DNA of 34,462 nucleotides from Eledone cirrhosa (Eukaryota): positions 1-34,462 of the forward strand of contig CAXHJY010000543.1 in NCBI GenBank assembly GCA_964016885.1, read 5' to 3'. Under the pieces are notes generated by a model. The model saw nothing but the letters and a program-made list of their open reading frames with translations. It was not told where the DNA came from and did no database searches. The stretch's first letter is position 1. Every line of letters begins with the position of its first letter. Below are positions 11,960-23,794 of this stretch, one piece after another. The position numbers and the translations under genes are program-made.

Positions 11960-12014
11960 ATGGAACTCTTTTAACCATCTTTTGATCTTATATTATATAT
12001 TCAGACGCCATGCT

Positions 12015-12158
12015 TTGCAGCATAGTTACGGCCCTTTACGGTCTGAGTTCAAATCCCGCCGAGGTTAACTGCCTTTCATCCTTACGGGGTCGATAAAATA
12101 AAGTACCAGTAATGTACTGGAATAATTGCTGGCCTTGTGCCAAAAGTAAAAACAATTA
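12015..12158 (+). mobile_element. tRNA-derived SINE (Meta/MESC-type core)
   Basis: GAGTTCAAATCCCGCCGAGGTTAACTGCCTTTCATCCTTACGGGGTCGATAAAATAAAGTACCAGT...GGCCTTGTGCCAAAAGTAAAAACAATT; another copy starts at about 34410 at the window end. Confidence 0.75.
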
Positions 12159-12204
12159 TATATATATATATACAGGGAGTGTATATATATATCTATATAT
12201 ATAT

Positions 12205-12383
12205 TAAACCAGTATTAAACTAGTTAGACCAGAGTACTCGATACTTGGGATAGTAGAGTGTAACTATATCAGAAGTAGTTAGGACCCGACGGCTGAGCTC
12301 TTGCCGTTTCAACTACTTCCAAAATCTGAGTCTGGAACTAGCTATTGAAACGGCAAGAGCTCAGCCGTCGGGTCCTGACTCTG
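12205..12383 (-). mobile_element. Family A variant fold-back element
   Basis: Arms GGACCCGACGGCTGAGCTCTTGCCGTTTCAA / TTGAAACGGCAAGAGCTCAGCCGTCGGGTCC; tail motif GTACTCGATACTTGGGATAGTAGAGTG; TA-rich flanks. Confidence 0.75.
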
Positions 12384-12521
12384 TATAATAAATATATATA
12401 TATATGTCAGACAAGGTGAATTTATAACCGAAATCTCGACGTCTCTCCCATCTTATTTGAAAAATATATATATATATATATATTTACTCAGTTAAATGTC
12501 TGACAATTTATTCGTATGGTT

Positions 12522-12553
<32 letters not shown>

Positions 12554-12700
12554 CAGAAGCAAACCTGATATATGAAAGCGAATCAAAATTAAAATTATAT
12601 ACACTACATCCACATATAGATATATACATACAGATAAATACACATACACACATATCATATATATATATATATATAAATATACATATATATATATCCGATA

Positions 12701-13007
12701 TTAATAAATGCAACCATTATTTTTGGAAGCTGTCTCCAGACAGCTTCCAAAAATAATGGTTGCATTTAATAGGGTACGTCAAAATTATTTATAAAACTGT
12801 TTATATATTGTATTTTGTCTGATGAAGGCATACCATATTTTAATTTGGTATCCCTGAAATATGTATAATGAAATAAATATGGTTTTATAAATATAGTTTC
12901 CATTTATTAATATCGTATATCTACTCCAAAAACTTGTCGAGTGCTTTATATCAGTTATAAAATATTTACTTGTTGTATCCCAACAATTTTAAATAGAACT
13001 TTTGCAC
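12701..13007 (+). mobile_element. Family C element: short 5' fold-back, hammerhead and tail
   Basis: Perfect palindrome at 12705-12768, hammerhead at 12811-12875, tail ending in (TA)n; colinear with the reverse complement of 33092-33357. Confidence 0.8.
12811..12875 (+). ncRNA. Minimal type I hammerhead ribozyme (family C)
   Basis: TATTTTGT-CTGATGA-AGGCATACCA-loop-TGGTATCCCT-GAAAT-ATGT-ATA-ATGAAATA. 8-bp stem I (2 G-U pairs), 9/10-bp stem II, AUA cleavage triplet. Confidence 0.8.
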
Positions 13008-13066
13008 ATATATATATATCTATATATATGTATTACACATATATTATATATACATATATATGAATA

Positions 13067-13144
<78 letters not shown>

Positions 13145-13620
13145 CATATATATATATAATATATACATATAGATATATAATATATACATATACATATATA
13201 TATATAATATATACATATACATATATATATATATATATATATATGCATATATATATAATATATACATACAGCTATATAATATATACATATACATATATAT
13301 ATATAGATATATATATATATATAATATATACATATATATAATATATATATAAGTGTGTTTTTTTTTATACATTTCACTTTCTCTGGCATATATTATCAGT
13401 TTAATGAAATGACGAATTCCTACTGTCATATTTTCAGTGACAAATATTATTAATTATATATTATTTATATTAAAGAATAATTCTCCATTTAATTATATTT
13501 CTATAACCGCCAGTTATTTTTAAAATTGTCTTATTTAAATCTTAAAATAAACCAACGTTCTCTATTGATTTAAGTAAAAAGGACAGACACATTATATAAT
13601 GTAGTCCAAGGTATATATAT

Positions 13621-13670
<50 letters not shown>

Positions 13671-13685
13671 ATTAATATATATATA

Positions 13686-13779
<94 letters not shown>

Positions 13780-14209
13780 ACCTTTTGTACTGCTTATAAT
13801 AAATCACTCTATTTTGAGCTGTTTAACTTCTCCTATGTTTCTAATTTTTTATATTGTTCTTGTAAAAAACTATATCTGTTTCACATATATATATACAGGG
13901 GACCCAGGAGCATATGAGATCCTTATTTTTTAAGAAAATAGGGTGTGATTTAAGATGTTTAGCCGAAATATCTAGCAAGTCGACCGCCCATGTCGAGGTA
14001 GGTTCTCTTGTTTAAGCCAGCTCATTGAGGGCTAACCGGGGGTTAAACAACAACAACCACCTTAAAAGTTACTATGTTCAAATATATATTTTAAAAATCG
14101 TGTTTTAAAAAAATATTTCAAGAAAGAATAATAATGAAACTCCCGAGTAATTAAAAAGTTGAAAAAATAATTAAGTTATTTAATTATTGAACAAGAAAAT
14201 ATTAAATAT

Positions 14210-14295
<86 letters not shown>

Positions 14296-14297
<2 letters not shown>

Positions 14298-14486
14298 CGA
14301 AGGAACGAAGGAAATGTGGTAAGGAACCAGGTGGACCATAACGCACCAAAGTACTCAATACTTAGGGTAGTAGAGTGGGTAATAGGAACGAGTGGGACCC
14401 CGACGGCTGAGCTCAAGCCGTTTCGACGGCTAATTCGAATTAGCCGTCGAAACGGCTTGAGCTCAGCCGTCGGGGTCCCACTCGTT

Positions 14487-14490
<4 letters not shown>
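14296..14490 (-). mobile_element. Family A fold-back element
   Basis: Perfect 108-bp palindrome at 14383-14490 centred on TTCGAA, tail at 14296-14382, (TA)n on both sides. Confidence 0.85.
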
Positions 14491-14534
<44 letters not shown>

Positions 14535-14535
<1 letters not shown>

Positions 14536-15000
14536 TGAACGTTGGTTTTTAACCCCAGGTTAGATCTGAATAAATGTATTGATTAAAAGTTTTCCAGCCG
14601 TGACCATCCGATCCTATTTTAAAATATATATACATACACACACACATACAATGCGTGTGTAGTTTCTTTTCTCAAGGCAGTTGGCTGTGATTTGAGGGAG
14701 ATTTGGTTTGGGCTGTTATTTTTAGCAGGAAAAGCGACCTCGTTCAGATATCATTGTCGGTTCATGGTTGTTGTTTAACCCATGGTCAGTCAGTTCCCAG
14801 ACAGATTTATCACTAAAGTATTTCCAGTTGTGACAATCCTATCCTATGTGTGACTATCCCATCATTTTTTAATTTTTATATTTCTGGGTGTAAATTGTCC
14901 GATGTTTCATCTTTAAAAAAAAAAAAAAAAGGAAAGAGAGAAAAATTTAAAGTTTGTTATTTGAGGGAGATTTGGCTGCTATTTCTAGCATGTCGAACGT
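14535..15000. repeat. Dispersed unclassified repeat family (TTTAACCCCAGGT...TTCCAGCCGTGACCATCC...GATTTGAGGGAGATTTGGCTGCTATTTCTAGCA), two tandem copies
   Basis: Related pieces at about 7920-7965, 13940-14050, 22583-22720 (-), 22800-23000 (-) and 31248-31320. Confidence 0.6.
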
Positions 15001-15391
15001 TGTCTTATGTCTAAGTTGTGTGTAATTCTTATATAAAGAAGAAGACGATGGCCGCTTCATTCTCAACTGGCAGCTGAAAATATTATCATTATTTTCATTT
15101 TATGAAGATGTATGGATGACAAAATAACATTTCAGCTGTCCCCACCCTGAAGTCTATAAATACAACCCCTTACCCAGCTACAGAATTAGGGTTCACAGTT
15201 TGTCACACCTAATAGCAATACCCACGAAATTTATGTCACAAGAAAACCCTTCGTTTGTAAAAAAATATATTCCTTTAGTGGTTTTTTTTAACGATATTCA
15301 CTAAATTTATTGAATTTGTAGATAAATTAAGTATTAGTGAGGAGGGTGTGCTTTTTTTAAATTTCTTACCACGTGAAAGGTGGGCTTAGTA

Positions 15392-15584
15392 GATCCCGAG
15401 TTCAATCTGGGGTAGCCACAGTTAAAAAGGTACTCAATACATTAGTAGAGTGTAAACATATTTAATATTTCAATATAGAAATGGCTTCTACAGGGCTAGA
15501 ACTGTTTCATACGTATGAAATAATCAGAGCATTCTCGATGATTTCATACGAACGAAACTGTTCTAGTCCTGTAGAAGCCATTTA
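15392..15584 (-). mobile_element. Family B fold-back element with degenerate hammerheads in both arms
   Basis: Tail 15392-15470, arms about 15480-15583. Right arm: GCATTC-TCGATGA-TTTCATACGAAC-GAAACTGTTCTAGTCCTGTA-GAAGCC. The left arm has CTGATTA on the minus strand. Confidence 0.75.
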
Positions 15585-15632
15585 TATATATGGCTTTTTG
15601 CTACAATGTTTTCTATACCTTTCATTTATATA

Positions 15633-15942
<310 letters not shown>

Positions 15943-16350
15943 AAAATTAGTTTTTAAATAATTTTTTTTAATTCTTTACACTCATTGAGCTATTTCTAAA
16001 CTGTTTGACAACCATATACTATCATATATAATTCCCATAATAAAATTGTTATATATAATATAGATATGATTCTACACTTCTTATATGGTCTACCTTTCGT
16101 GGTAGGGTCTATACAGAAGCTAGAACTCAATGTAATCTGTTAGCAAGTAGTTCAGTGAAGAAGTCAGTAGGATCGAACCCATATATTATGTCTGATAGTA
16201 TACAGTTCTATAACTGCTATAAATCAGTCAATATATCAATATGATCAACCCTCCGAAACGATCGTAAAACAATGAAATGAAGAGGTAAAATAACTTACCT
16301 TCGTTATTATTATCATTTGTTAAACTAATATCTAATATATATATATATAT

Positions 16351-16374
16351 TCTTTGCTTAAACTTTAATCTGTT

Positions 16375-16442
<68 letters not shown>

Positions 16443-16552
16443 GAACAGCTTAAACTTTAATCTGTTCGTATATATATATATAAGAACAGATTAAAGTTTA
16501 AGCAAAGAGTCGCTGCTTTCACCCTTAACGGGATCTTATCGAGCCGTCTTCA
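16351..16552. mobile_element. Family D fragments in both orientations separated by (TA)n
   Basis: GCTTAAACTTTAATCTGTTC at about 16356 and 16449 (+) and its reverse complement at about 16484 continuing into GTCGCTGCTTTCACCCTTAACGGGATCTT. Confidence 0.55.
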
Positions 16553-16567
16553 CATATATTATTACGA

Positions 16568-16630
<63 letters not shown>

Positions 16631-16845
16631 TTATAAGGGGTATAAAGCCACCAGAGTGACGGAGATATTAACTACAGATAGAACGGTTTAATTAAAATAA
16701 TAATAATTAGTTACAACAGTGATATATATACAGGTTATATACACACCGTAACTCATTCGGCCTGTTATATATATATATATAGGTAAAATTTCGTTATAAC
16801 GAATACTATGTTGCCAGTATGACCCTCCTAAAGTATAACAATATA

Positions 16846-16922
16846 TTGGGTCGTCAAATATGAAGTTTGTAGAAATTTGTTGTTTTTTTTACAAATTTCT
16901 ACAAATTTGTTACTTGACCCAA
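16846..16922. mobile_element. Tiny palindromic MITE, TA-flanked
   Basis: TA-TTGGGTCGTCAAATATGAAGTTTGTAGAAA...TTTCTACAAATTTGTTACTTGACCCAA-TA; inverted relative to the 8907 copy. Confidence 0.6.
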
Positions 16923-17011
16923 TATATATATACAGAGAGAGAGAGAGCGAGAGAGAGAGAGAGAGAGAGAGAGTAGGAAGTCAGGTTTGCAGCTTGTTAT
17001 GAAACTTTATT

Positions 17012-17100
17012 GCATATTACAATTGTTTCGATATCGATCAGCTCAGGTTTAATCAGACGATCAGACCCCGACTCTTTAATCGACACCTCTTCAGATATGC
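17012..17100 (-). ncRNA. Type I hammerhead ribozyme with extended stem II (family E)
   Basis: Minus strand: GCATAT-CTGAAGA-GGTGTCGATT...GATCGATATC-GAAAC-AATT-GTA-ATATGC. Perfect 6-bp stem I, intact core, 10-bp stem II base, minimal stem III with palindromic CAATTG, GUA cleavage triplet, AATAAA immediately downstream. Confidence 0.88.
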
Positions 17101-17326
17101 GCGTTAAAATTTAATGGAAGACTAAAGGTGCAAATTAGAATTTATTACTGCTGTCGACTATAAAATCACATTTGAGCTTTTAAACTATTATACCGATAGC
17201 TCATAGATGAGATCCCACACCTCTTTTGCTTGAAGAGTGAGGGTAGAGTTCGTTAAGTCGGACCGAGGAAACAATGTTTCCATTGGTCTTTCTATTTGCT
17301 AATACCATCTAAAACAGTAATGATGA

Positions 17327-17397
<71 letters not shown>

Positions 17398-17427
17398 GAC
17401 AGACGATTGATAAGTTCCAAACCTAAT

Positions 17428-17620
17428 CAAATCGGACCGAGGAAACAATGTTTCCATTCATCTTTCTATTTGCTAATTCTATCTACCAGTTGCCACTCTA
17501 AGTAGAAGAAGCAATATGAAATAAAGTGTCTTGCTCAAGGACATAATGCATCACCAGGTCCTGGAATTGAACTCCCAACCTCATGATTGCCAATCCAATT
17601 CTCTAACCACTCAGCCACAT
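17428..17620 (-). mobile_element. tRNA-derived CORE-type SINE
   Basis: Minus strand TGGCTGAGTGGTTAG...GTTCAATTCC...TGTCCTTGAGCAAGACACTTTATTTCA; same family as 11558. Confidence 0.75.
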
Positions 17621-17897
17621 ATTAATTACTGTAATTATTAAGTTAAAACATCACACTTTGTATCAAAGTGCTCCACCGATTAAGTTGTTTCACTTGATTT
17701 GCTAATTCTTGTGAAAAAGGCATCAATACCACAACATCATATTTATTTTTCATTAGGTAAAATATGAGATGAGGTAAAAAACATTTGAAAATCTTCATCT
17801 TTCGCTGTGTAGTGTGAGTCTTCTGGCCATGTCCCCCGTCACAAAGCACAGTCACCTTCTTCCTTTAGACTTCAGTCCTTTGTATTCTGTCAACCCC

Positions 17898-18027
17898 GTC
17901 ACACTTGGAGATCCAGTCGGATTAATTGGAGACAGTTGCTTCTGACTAGACTTGCTGGAAGGAGTGTTTAAGGACCCTATCCCCATGACCCTCTCAGGAA
18001 TAAGTAGGCGAAGAAAAAAAAAAGAAG
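17898..18027 (+). mobile_element. RTE LINE extreme 3' fragment (same family as 6637-7823)
   Basis: LEIQSD*LETVASD*TCWKECLRTLSP*PSQE* followed by an A-rich tail; reverse-complement similarity to 6637-6745. Confidence 0.8.
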
Positions 18028-19222
18028 CATTTTGAGATTTCTTGGAATGTCACTGGTGCCAAGCTGTATTTACTTTTGTCATTCCCTTTCCCAACATCAT
18101 ATACAATGTATATACTATGTATATATAGTGTATATAGGGAGTATATATAGTGTATATATATAGTATATACAGTGTATATATAGTGTATATATAGGGTATA
18201 TATAGTGTATATATATATATTCTCTATAAAAACTAAATAGGTCCTCAGTAATATTATTCTGATGAAATGACAGTAAATAATAACATTGAAATATTGAATG
18301 TCTGCATAACTAAAAGTTTGTAGATAGCTGTTTTAGGTTATGTAACTGTTATAGAAACACGTGTCAATAAATTCCTTTCAACTAAACTGTATCCATTCAA
18401 ATCTTTCTATATATATATATATATATATATATAGTGTATATATAGTATATATATCGTGTATATATCGTATATATATATAGTGTATATATAGTATATATAT
18501 ATTAGTATATATATATATAGTGTATATATAGTATATATATAGTGTATATATCGTATATATATATAATGTATATATAGTGTATATATAGTGTATATATAGT
18601 ATATATATAGTAGTATATATATATATAGTGTATATATAGTATATATATATATAGGGTATTTATAGTATATATATATATAGTGTATATATATACTATATAT
18701 ACACTATATATATATATATACTATAATGTATATATACATAGGGTATTTATAGTATATATATATATAGTATATATATATAGTATATATATAGTGTATATAT
18801 AGTGCATATATAGCGTATATATACAGTGTATATATAGGGTATATATAGTGTATATATAGTATATATATAGTATATATACATATAGTATATATATGGTGTA
18901 TATATAATGTATATATGAGGAGTGATGACAGTGGTACCAGGGAGAGCCTTTATATGGGACAGTGTTGGTCTTCTACAAGACAGACCTTGCATAAGTTTGT
19001 CCCTTGAAGAGTAACTTTCCAGGTGGAGACACTTGGTCAGAAATATATATATATATCATCATCATCATTTTATGTCGAATTTTCCATGGTGGCATGGGCT
19101 GGATGGGACTTTTTGAGGCAATGTTTTACAGTCAGATGTCCTCCTTTCCAACACCAAACTCTTTCAGTCATTTCTTTCAACACACAGGAATACAGTGTAA
19201 TTTTAAACTGGATAGAAATGGT

Positions 19223-19294
<72 letters not shown>

Positions 19295-19374
19295 GTTACA
19301 CAACAGTTAGTTCACTATACCGAGAACAAATGTTTCACCTTATTCGGATCCTCATATATATATATATATATATG

Positions 19375-19600
19375 TCTGTCTATCTCTCTCTATATAGCTG
19401 TCTGTCTGTCTCTCTGTCTGTCTATCTCTCTCTATATAGCTGTCTGTCTGTCTCTCTGTCTGTCTATCTCTCTCTATATAGCTGTCTGTCTGTCTCTCTG
19501 TCTGTCTATCTTTCTCTATATAGCTGTCTGTCTGTCTCTCTCTATGTAGCTGTCTGTCTGTCTGTCTCTCTCTCTATATATAGCTGTCTGTCTGTCTGTA
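19375..19600. repeat. 42-bp repeat built on TC/TGTC microsatellite, about 5 copies
   Basis: TATCTCTCTCTATATAGCTGTCTGTCTGTCTCTCTGTCTGTC. Confidence 0.85.
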
Positions 19601-19927
19601 TGTATGTTTTGGTTTTGACAATCAATATTCCAGAGTTGTCCAATGAACTGAATAACCTACAATTTGAATTACTGTGAAAGTGGCTGAGTGTTCCACAGAC
19701 ATGAAGATTCTTAACATAATTCTCAGGGAGATTTACTGCGACAGTGTGTGACAAAGCTGGCCCTGGTGGTCATCCAGACTATTTTAAGCCAATTTAACGG
19801 AGAAGGTTTGGGTCAACTTAAGGCTATGATGAGAGACTTGCTCAAGATACTGCAAAACAGGATTTGCAGCCTTGTGCCAAAAATAGAAACAATTATATTA
19901 ATATATAAACATATTCTATATACTTTC

Positions 19928-22345
19928 ATACACCCCTCTAGTAATATATAGCTATACACCCCTCTAGTAATATATAGTTATATACACCTCTAGTAATATA
20001 TAGTTATACACCCCTCTAGTAATATATAGCTATACACCCCTCTAGTAATATATAGCTATATACACCTCTAGTAATATATAGTTATATACACCTCTAGTAA
20101 TATATAGCTATATACACCTCTAGTAATATATAGCTATATACACCTCTAGTAATATATAGTTATACACCCCTCTAGTAATATATAGCTATATACACCTCTA
20201 GTAATATATAGCTATATACACCTCTAGTAATATATAGCTATATACACCTCTAGTAATATATAGCTATATACACCTCTAGTAATATATAGCTATATACACC
20301 TCTAGTAATATATAGTTATACACCCCTCTAGTAATATATAGCTATACACCCCTCTAGTAATATATAGCTATATACACCTCTAGTAATATATAGCTATATA
20401 CACCTCTAGTAATATATAGCTATACACCCCTCTAGTAATATATAGTTATATACACCTCTAGTAATATATAGCTATACACCCCTCTAGTAATATATAGCTA
20501 TATACACCTCTAGTAATATATAGTTATATACACCTCTAGTAATATATAGCTATACACCCCTCTAGTAATATATAGCTATACACCTCTAGTAATATATAGC
20601 TATACACCCCTCTAGTAATATATAGCTATACACCCCTCTAGTAATATATAGCTATATACACCTCTAGTAATATATAGTTATATACACCTCTAGTAATATA
20701 TAGTTATACACCCCTCTAGTAATATATAGCTATATACCCCTCTAGTAATATATAGCTATACACCCCTCTAGTAATATATAGCTATATACACCTCTAGTAA
20801 TATATAGCTATATACCCCTCTAGTAATATATAGCTATACACCTTTAGTAATATATAGCTATATACACCTCTAGTAATATATAGTTATACACCCCTCTAGT
20901 AATATAGTTATATACACCTCTAGTAATATATAGCTATACACCCCTCTAGTAATATATAGCTATATACCCCTCTAGTAATATAGCTATATACCCCTCTAGT
21001 AATATATAGTTATACACCCCTCTAGTAATATATAGCTATATACCCCTCTAGTAATATAGTTATACACCCCTCTAGTAATATATAGCTATATACCCCTCTA
21101 GTAATATAGTTATACACCCCTCTAGTAATATATAGTTATATACCCCTCTAGTAATATACCCCTCTAGTAATATATAGCTATATACCCCTCTAGTAATATA
21201 TAGTTATACACCCCTCTACTAATATATAGTTATATACACCTCTAGTAATATATAGTTATACACCCCTCTAGTAATATATAGTTATATACCCCTCTAGTAA
21301 TATATAGCTATATACCCCTCTAGTAATATCTAGCTATACACCCCTCTAGTAATATATAGTTATATACACCTCTAGTAATATATAGCTATATACCCCTCTA
21401 GTAATATAGCTATATACCCCTCTAGTAATATATAGTTATACACCCCTCTAGTAATATATAGTTATATACACCTCTAGTAATATATAGCTATATACCCCTC
21501 TAGTAATATAGCTATATACCCCTCTAGTAATATATAGTTATACACCCCTCTAGTAATATATAGTTATACACCCCTCTAGTAATATATAGTTATATACCCC
21601 TCTAGTAATATATAGCTATATACCCCTCTAGTAATATATAGTTATATACCCCTCTAGTAATATATAGCTATATACCCCTCTAGTAATATAGCTATATACC
21701 CCTCTAGTAATATATAGTTATACACCCCTCTAGTAATATATAGCTATATACACCTCTAGTAATATATAGCTATATACCCCTCTAGTAATATATAGTTATA
21801 TACACCTCTAGTAATATATAGCTATATACCCCTCTAGTAATATATAGCTATATACCCCTCTAGTAATATATAGTTATATACCCCTCTAGTAATATATAGT
21901 TATATACCCCTCTAGTAATATATAGTTATACACCCCTCTAGTAATATATAGTGATACACCCCTCTAGTAATATATAGCTATATACCCCTCTAGTAATATA
22001 TAGTTATATACCCCTCTAGTAATATATAGTTATATACCCCTCTAGTAATATATAGTTATATACCCCTCTAGTAATATATAGTTATATACCCCTCTAGTAA
22101 TATATAGCTATATACCCCTCTAGTAATATATAGCTATATATATATACATATCTACACCTCTAGTAATATATAGCTGTATACATACATATATACACCTCTA
22201 GTAATATATAGCTATATATATATACATATCTACACCTCTAGTAATATATAGCTGTATACATACATATATACACCTCTAGTAATATATAGCTATACATATA
22301 TATATCTACACCTCTAGTAATATATAGCTATATATATACATATCT
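19928..22345. repeat. 26-bp minisatellite, about 85 copies, with longer variant units at the 3' edge
   Basis: Unit TATA(C/T)AC(C/A)CCTCTAGTAATATATAG(C/T); period 26. Confidence 0.97.
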
Positions 22346-23172
22346 ATACATGTATATGTATATACTAACACATACATATCTACACATGTATATATATATA
22401 CAAACCCACACACATTCATATGTACACATATATACACAATTTAATTCGTCATTTTTAGGTAAAACTAAAAATTGTATTGTTTTTGTAAAAGCGCCAATAT
22501 TTGTAAATAGCCCAATTCACATTACATATTTTAATCAACAAAACTAAGATTTAATATAAATACTTAATATATACACGATAATGGTCGCTAGAAATAGCAG
22601 CGAAATCTACCTCAAATCTTACATCTTTTCATAAAAAAAAAAAAAAACGTTGAAAGTATTGTTTATTGTAGTCCTAGATAAATAAGATTGGGTGGTCATG
22701 ATTTGAACCCCTAGACCTATATAATTAGGATTGATTGTCGCTAAAGATTTTATAATTAACATCTACACAAAAAAAAATATTTTAAATAGAGAGACTCTCT
22801 AGGTGGCTATTCGTCCTGCTAGAAATAATAATCAAATATCGGCCTCTAATCATATCTCCCTACATAACGTTTTAAAGAAGGGTCGAGTCGGACACATTAG
22901 ATAATGTAGTCAGTCTCCTTAGAAAGGATCTGACAGGATGGTCATGGCTGGAATGCTTTTTCACGTGATCAGGGGCTGACTCGAGACTTAACAACAACAA
23001 CCACCACCACCACCACCACCACCACCACCATCAACATCACCACCACCACCGCCATCATCATCACCACCACCACCATCATCATCACCACCACCACCATCAT
23101 CACCACCGCCAACACAATTACCACTTAACTGCTATTTTGTTATACAAACATTTGATCAAAAATATATTGAAG

Positions 23173-23262
<90 letters not shown>

Positions 23263-23263
<1 letters not shown>

Positions 23264-23447
23264 AGTCCCGGGTTCAATCGGGGGGTAACCACAGTAAGGT
23301 ATTCAATACATTAGTAGAGTGTAAAGAACAAATTTAATATAGGAATGGCTTCTACAGGACTAGAACTGTTTCATCAGGGCTTTCCTGATGATTTCCTTCG
23401 AATGAAACAGCTCTAGTCGTGTAGAAGCCATTCCTATATTAAATTTG
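23263..23447 (-). mobile_element. Family B fold-back element
   Basis: Tail plus inverted arms about 23330-23447; complete hammerhead in the right arm; (TA)n(TG)n and (TA)n flanks. Confidence 0.8.
23378..23429 (+). ncRNA. Type I hammerhead ribozyme (family B)
   Basis: GGCTTTC-CTGATGA-T-TTC-CTTC-GAA-T-GAAA-CAG-CTCTAGTC-GTG-TA-GAAGCC. Stem I is 6 bp with a 1-nt bulge; stem II is 3 bp; stem III is ACAG/CTGT in the family consensus; GUA cleavage triplet. Confidence 0.72.
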
Positions 23448-23465
23448 CTATATATATATATATAT

Positions 23466-23616
23466 AACAAAGGAATTGTGGTAAGGAACTAGATGGACCA
23501 TAACGCACCAGAGTACTCAATACTTAGGGTAGTAAGTAGAGTGGGTAATAGGAAAAAGTCCAGAAATAGCTGTCGAAACGGCTTGAGCTCTGCCGTCGGG
23601 GTCATACTTTTTCCTA
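23466..23616 (-). mobile_element. Family A element with internal deletion of one arm
   Basis: Family A tail followed by TAGGAAAAAG...GAAACGGCTTGAGCTCTGCCGTCGGGGTC...TTTTTCCTA; (TA)n flanks. Confidence 0.75.
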
Positions 23617-23748
23617 TATATATAGGTAGACATACAGATAGATATGTGTGGGATATATATATATCCCAGCACATGTATCTATCTATCTATATATATATAC
23701 ACTGTCCTTATATTTCTAGTTGACACAACTCGCAAAATATCCCAACAC

Positions 23749-23794
<46 letters not shown>

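Noticed and set aside
13395-13445. ATGAC/GTCAT hairpin with CTGAAAA on the minus strand, resembling the 18259 motif
   Set aside because: There is no GAAA or cleavage triplet in the correct position; too degenerate to call.
16190-16275. Possible hammerhead (CTGATAG ... GAAAC-GATC-GTA)
   Set aside because: The 3' half with a palindromic loop looks right, but no proper CTGANGA or stem I/II pairing was found.
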